This document shows, piece after piece, positions 61,535 to 64,000 of a stretch of DNA of 64,000 bases; the first letter of the stretch is position 1; every line of letters starts with the position of its first letter. This DNA comes from an uncultured delta proteobacterium (GTDB lineage: Bacteria; Myxococcota_A; Polyangia; Polyangiales; Polyangiaceae), in assembly GCA_963806225.1 (NCBI GenBank), contig CAWDXG010000001.1, positions 1,120,001 through 1,184,000 on the forward strand. Reading direction: 5' to 3'. The position numbers were made by a program, and so were the translations under genes. The notes under the pieces are model-generated. The model did no database searches. It had not been told where the DNA came from and was given only the letters and a program-made list of their open reading frames with translations.

Positions 61535-61567
61535 TGTCATCTTGACATGGATTGATGAAATGACAAG
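61535..61567. promoter_or_regulatory. Operator-like repeats in the divergent intergenic region
   Basis: TGTCA-TCT-TGACA (61535-61547) plus a third TGACA at 61561-61565 in an AT-rich patch. Confidence 0.6.
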
Positions 61568-61606
61568 TTAGGCTGCACGGGCTCGTGGCCCGGGAAAGGA
61601 ACGAGC

Positions 61607-61753
61607 ATGGCCAAGTCGAACGCGAACAAAGTCAGCGGCAGGAAGGCCGCATCAGCAGCCGCCAAGACCCTCAAGAACCCGAAAGCAACGAAGGCAGAGA
61701 AGACCGCGGCAGGGTCTGCGCTCGCCCAGCGGCCGAAGGGCGGGAAGAGGTAA
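61607..61753 (+). CDS. 48-aa Lys/Ala-rich basic peptide (not in ORF track)
   Basis: MAKSNANKVSGRKAASAAAKTLKNPKATKAEKTAAGSALAQRPKGGKR; AAGGA upstream; ends 4 nt before the HNH ATG. Confidence 0.7.
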   Translation: MAKSNANKVSGRKAASAAAKTLKNPKATKAEKTAAGSALAQRPKGGKR

Positions 61754-61757
61754 GCAG

Positions 61758-62120
61758 ATGGAGAACTCGAATCGAAAATCCTCCAGCATCGTCGACGGGT
61801 TGATACGGGCCGGTATCGCTTTCGGCGGCGCTCTCGTGATCGGCCGGTTTCTCGGCGCCTTGCTCGAGCCGGACGACATGCCGAGCGAGCGCCGGGTCCT
61901 ATCCGCGGCGGAATGCGACGAGATCGCCCGACGCGACGGGTGGTGCTGCGTCTATTGCGGGGTGCGAGTGACGCGCAAGACGCGCCACATCGATCACGCT
62001 GTCAGTCTGGCGAACGGTGGTTCCAACGACTGGGACAACCTCGTTACCGCATGCAGCGCGTGCAACCTCAGCAAGGGCTCGTTGGACGCCGACGAGTTCC
62101 TGCGGTTGGCAGACTGGTAG
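61758..62120 (+). CDS. Small HNH endonuclease with N-terminal hydrophobic helix
   Basis: RRDGWCCVYCG..HIDH..SLANGGSNDWDNLVTACSACNLSKG. Confidence 0.88.
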   Translation: MENSNRKSSSIVDGLIRAGIAFGGALVIGRFLGALLEPDDMPSERRVLSAAECDEIARRDGWCCVYCGVRVTRKTRHIDHAVSLANGGSNDWDNLVTACSACNLSKGSLDADEFLRLADW

Positions 62121-62328
62121 CCTGCGGTTCGGCGTCGTCGAAGCTGCAGCGCATGAAAGCCGCGCTTCCGTGGTCACGAATTCGGCTCGGCATACACGTC
62201 ATCCGGTCGCGCGTCTACGCGGCTGCTGGAAGAGCAGAGCTGAGCCGCGCCGCGAATCACTGTTGCCGCAGCGCTGCCGCACGGTTGCGGTCGGGCTGTG
62301 AGGGCAGCCGATGAAACTCCGAGCGGCT

Positions 62329-62600
62329 CTAGCCCGCCTTGCCCGACTCCCGCGCCTGTAACCGCGGGTCGAAGACTCTCTTCAGTTTCAGGACCTGCTC
62401 GACGGCCCAGTTCCGGTACTCCTCGAGCTTCTCTTCCGGGTCCTCGATGGCGCCGTCGCGGTAGAGCGCGATGCGGCAAGCGCGCTTGCCGTCGAGCGCC
62501 TCCCACTCCGGCGGAGCGTCGAGCTCGTGTTCGATCTCGGCGGCGTCAGCCTTGAAAGTCTCGAACGTGGCGCGATTCTCTTCGGCGTCTCCCGTGTGTC
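62329..62600 (-). pseudogene. DUF4268-like C-terminal fragment
   Basis: IEHELDAPPEWEALDGKRACRI..W..VFDPRL; 5' part replaced by IS21 sequence. Confidence 0.65.
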
Positions 62601-62839
62601 GGTGGGCACCAGGATCCGCGCATATTCGGTGAAGACGGCGGGATCGGCGGGGTGACCCATCACCGGTCCGCCGTTTGCTGGTCCGGTGGCGTGCGGGTCG
62701 GATAGACGGTCGCCCCGCCAAATGGCGAAGGCCCAGGAGTGGGAGCTCCCGGGCCTTCTGGTCTCCGAGTGTCGTTGGAGAGACGCGACGTTCACCACAC
62801 CTCGGAAGCCATGTCCAGAAAACGGCGGCCGGATGGTGA

Positions 62840-63304
62840 GTGTCGCCGGAGACGTATCGGCTTTGTTCCTGTGATCGCTGCGGAGCGCAGTTGAGGCTCT
62901 GCGCGGGCTGTGACTGGGGACAGCGGTTCTGCCAGCGGTGCCGACCGGTCCAGCGACGGGAAAGCCAGCGAGCCGCTGGTCGTCGGTACCAACAGACGTC
63001 GCAGGGGCGTCGGCGTCACGCGGCTCGACAAGCTCGCTACCGCGAGCGGCAGGCCAAGTTGTTGGAGTCGAAAGTGACGCATCCCACGATGACGCAAGCT
63101 CACGCGCAGTCGACACATCCGGCGCCGGCAGAGTCCGGCGGAAAGGATCGTGTTCATGACACTGCATTGCCGGCCCGCAACGGGTCGCCCGATCGTTGTT
63201 CGTTCTGCGGACGCCTGCTGCCCGCCTGGTCGAGACGTCACAGAGGACGTGCGAGGCCGCCACCACGACGCCGGCGCGCGCCTCGGCCGCCCCGAGCGCG
63301 CTGA
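62840..63304 (+). CDS. Cys-rich/Arg-rich accessory ORF upstream of istA
   Basis: CDRC..CAGC..FCQRC, RRYQQTSQGRRRHAARQARYR, C-terminal CSFCG; ends 9 nt before istA. Confidence 0.7.
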   Translation: MSPETYRLCSCDRCGAQLRLCAGCDWGQRFCQRCRPVQRRESQRAAGRRYQQTSQGRRRHAARQARYRERQAKLLESKVTHPTMTQAHAQSTHPAPAESGGKDRVHDTALPARNGSPDRCSFCGRLLPAWSRRHRGRARPPPRRRRAPRPPRAR

Positions 63305-63313
63305 GGTGGGGCG

Positions 63314-64000
63314 ATGATCTCGAAGGAGCTTGAAGCGGAGGTGCTTCGCCTCTTCTATGCCGAGCGCTGGCTCGTCGGCACCATCGCCACGCAACTCGGC
63401 ATCCATCACACCACGGTGCAGCGGGTACTCAACCAGGCTGGTGTCGAGCCGCGTGTGATCGCACCCCGGCCGTCCATCGCCGACCCGTATCTGTCGTTCA
63501 TCGTCGAGCAGCTCGAGAAGTTCCCGAGACTCTGTTCCAGTCGGCTCTACGCGATGGTCAAGGACCGGGGCTACCCCGGAGGGCCCGACCATTTCCGACG
63601 GATCGTCGGCCGTCATCGTCCGCGCAAACCCGCCGAGGCGTATCAGCGTCTGAAGACGCTTCCGGGCGAGCAAGCGCAGGTGGACTGGGCGCACTTCGGG
63701 CGCGTCGAGATCGGCCGTGCGACGCGCGTGCTGTGGGCGTTCGTGATGGTGCTGAGCTGGTCGCGGCAGGTGTTCCTGCGCTTCTTCCTCGGCTCGTCGA
63801 TGCCGTTCTTCATTCGCGGACACGTCGACGCATTCGGCGCGTTCCAAGGGGTGCCGCGCGTCCTGCTGTACGACAACTTGAAGAGCGCGGTACTGGAGCG
63901 GCGCGGCGACGCCGTCCGGTTCAATCCACGGCTACTCGAGCTCGCCGCGCACTACCACTTCGAGCCGCGTCCCGTCGCGGTCGCTCGAGGCAACGAGAAG
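63314..64000 (+). CDS. istA: IS21 transposase, 3'-partial (not in ORF track)
   Basis: [46 protein letters not shown]. Confidence 0.93.
   Translation, partial: MISKELEAEVLRLFYAERWLVGTIATQLGIHHTTVQRVLNQAGVEPRVIAPRPSIADPYLSFIVEQLEKFPRLCSSRLYAMVKDRGYPGGPDHFRRIVGRHRPRKPAEAYQRLKTLPGEQAQVDWAHFGRVEIGRATRVLWAFVMVLSWSRQVFLRFFLGSSMPFFIRGHVDAFGAFQGVPRVLLYDNLKSAVLERRGDAVRFNPRLLELAAHYHFEPRPVAVARGNEK

Larger units (their letters stand above)
62618..64000 (+). mobile_element. IS21-family element, left part (left end approximate)
   Basis: istA plus an upstream accessory ORF; GCGCATATTCGGTGAAG at ~62618 resembles IS21-type ends and lies near the DUF4268 break. Confidence 0.7.

Noticed and set aside
49865..62330. 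Integron cassette array
   Set aside because: No RYYYAAC...GTTRRRY attC structures or integrase recognised; genes lie on both strands.
62792..63847. 351-aa minus-strand ORF
   Set aside because: Antisense shadow of istA, which the track missed because it runs off the window.

Overview
Very GC-rich bacterial DNA. Cys-rich lipoproteins, a Ser/Thr kinase-TPR-lipoprotein triad and DUF222-like HNH genes suggest Myxococcota (inference). Four zones. (1) 1-5.8 kb: lipoproteins, an HNH gene, an IS481 remnant, a GNAT and a methyltransferase. (2) 5.8-39.3 kb: a stress/osmo-adaptation island with cyclic beta-1,2-glucan synthase, USP, a CheB-CheR kinase, B12 radical SAM, PP2C, a hybrid kinase, P3A H+-ATPase, an SLC12-like cotransporter, an APC-USP fusion, CsbD, OmpA, a dihaem cytochrome and an lmo0937-like protein. 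It has five sigma54-like promoters, two sharing an identical upstream palindrome at almost the same spacing. (3) 39.4-49.8 kb: secreted repeat lipoproteins, two paralogous large HNH genes with conserved leaderless promoters overlapped by LexA-like boxes on either side of a decapitated rsgA, and an OPT transporter. (4) 49.8-64 kb: a heavily rearranged conflict/defence island. It holds ARH and WYL shards, HigBA, a PTP, HEPN plus a small partner, LexA-boxed tcmP'-DUF5131, two AbiE-type systems, XRE-IrrE opposite a 48-aa basic peptide and a membrane-anchored HNH, a DUF4268 shard and IS21. It also has two EEP 3' fragments with the same breakpoint, circularly permuted DUF5131 halves around an AbiE pair, and a 40-bp palindrome present three times. 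Many genes carry single-base frameshifts (possibly sequencing error) or large internal deletions. No rRNA, tRNA or CRISPR array was recognised. All family calls are by-eye motif recognition; no searches were run.
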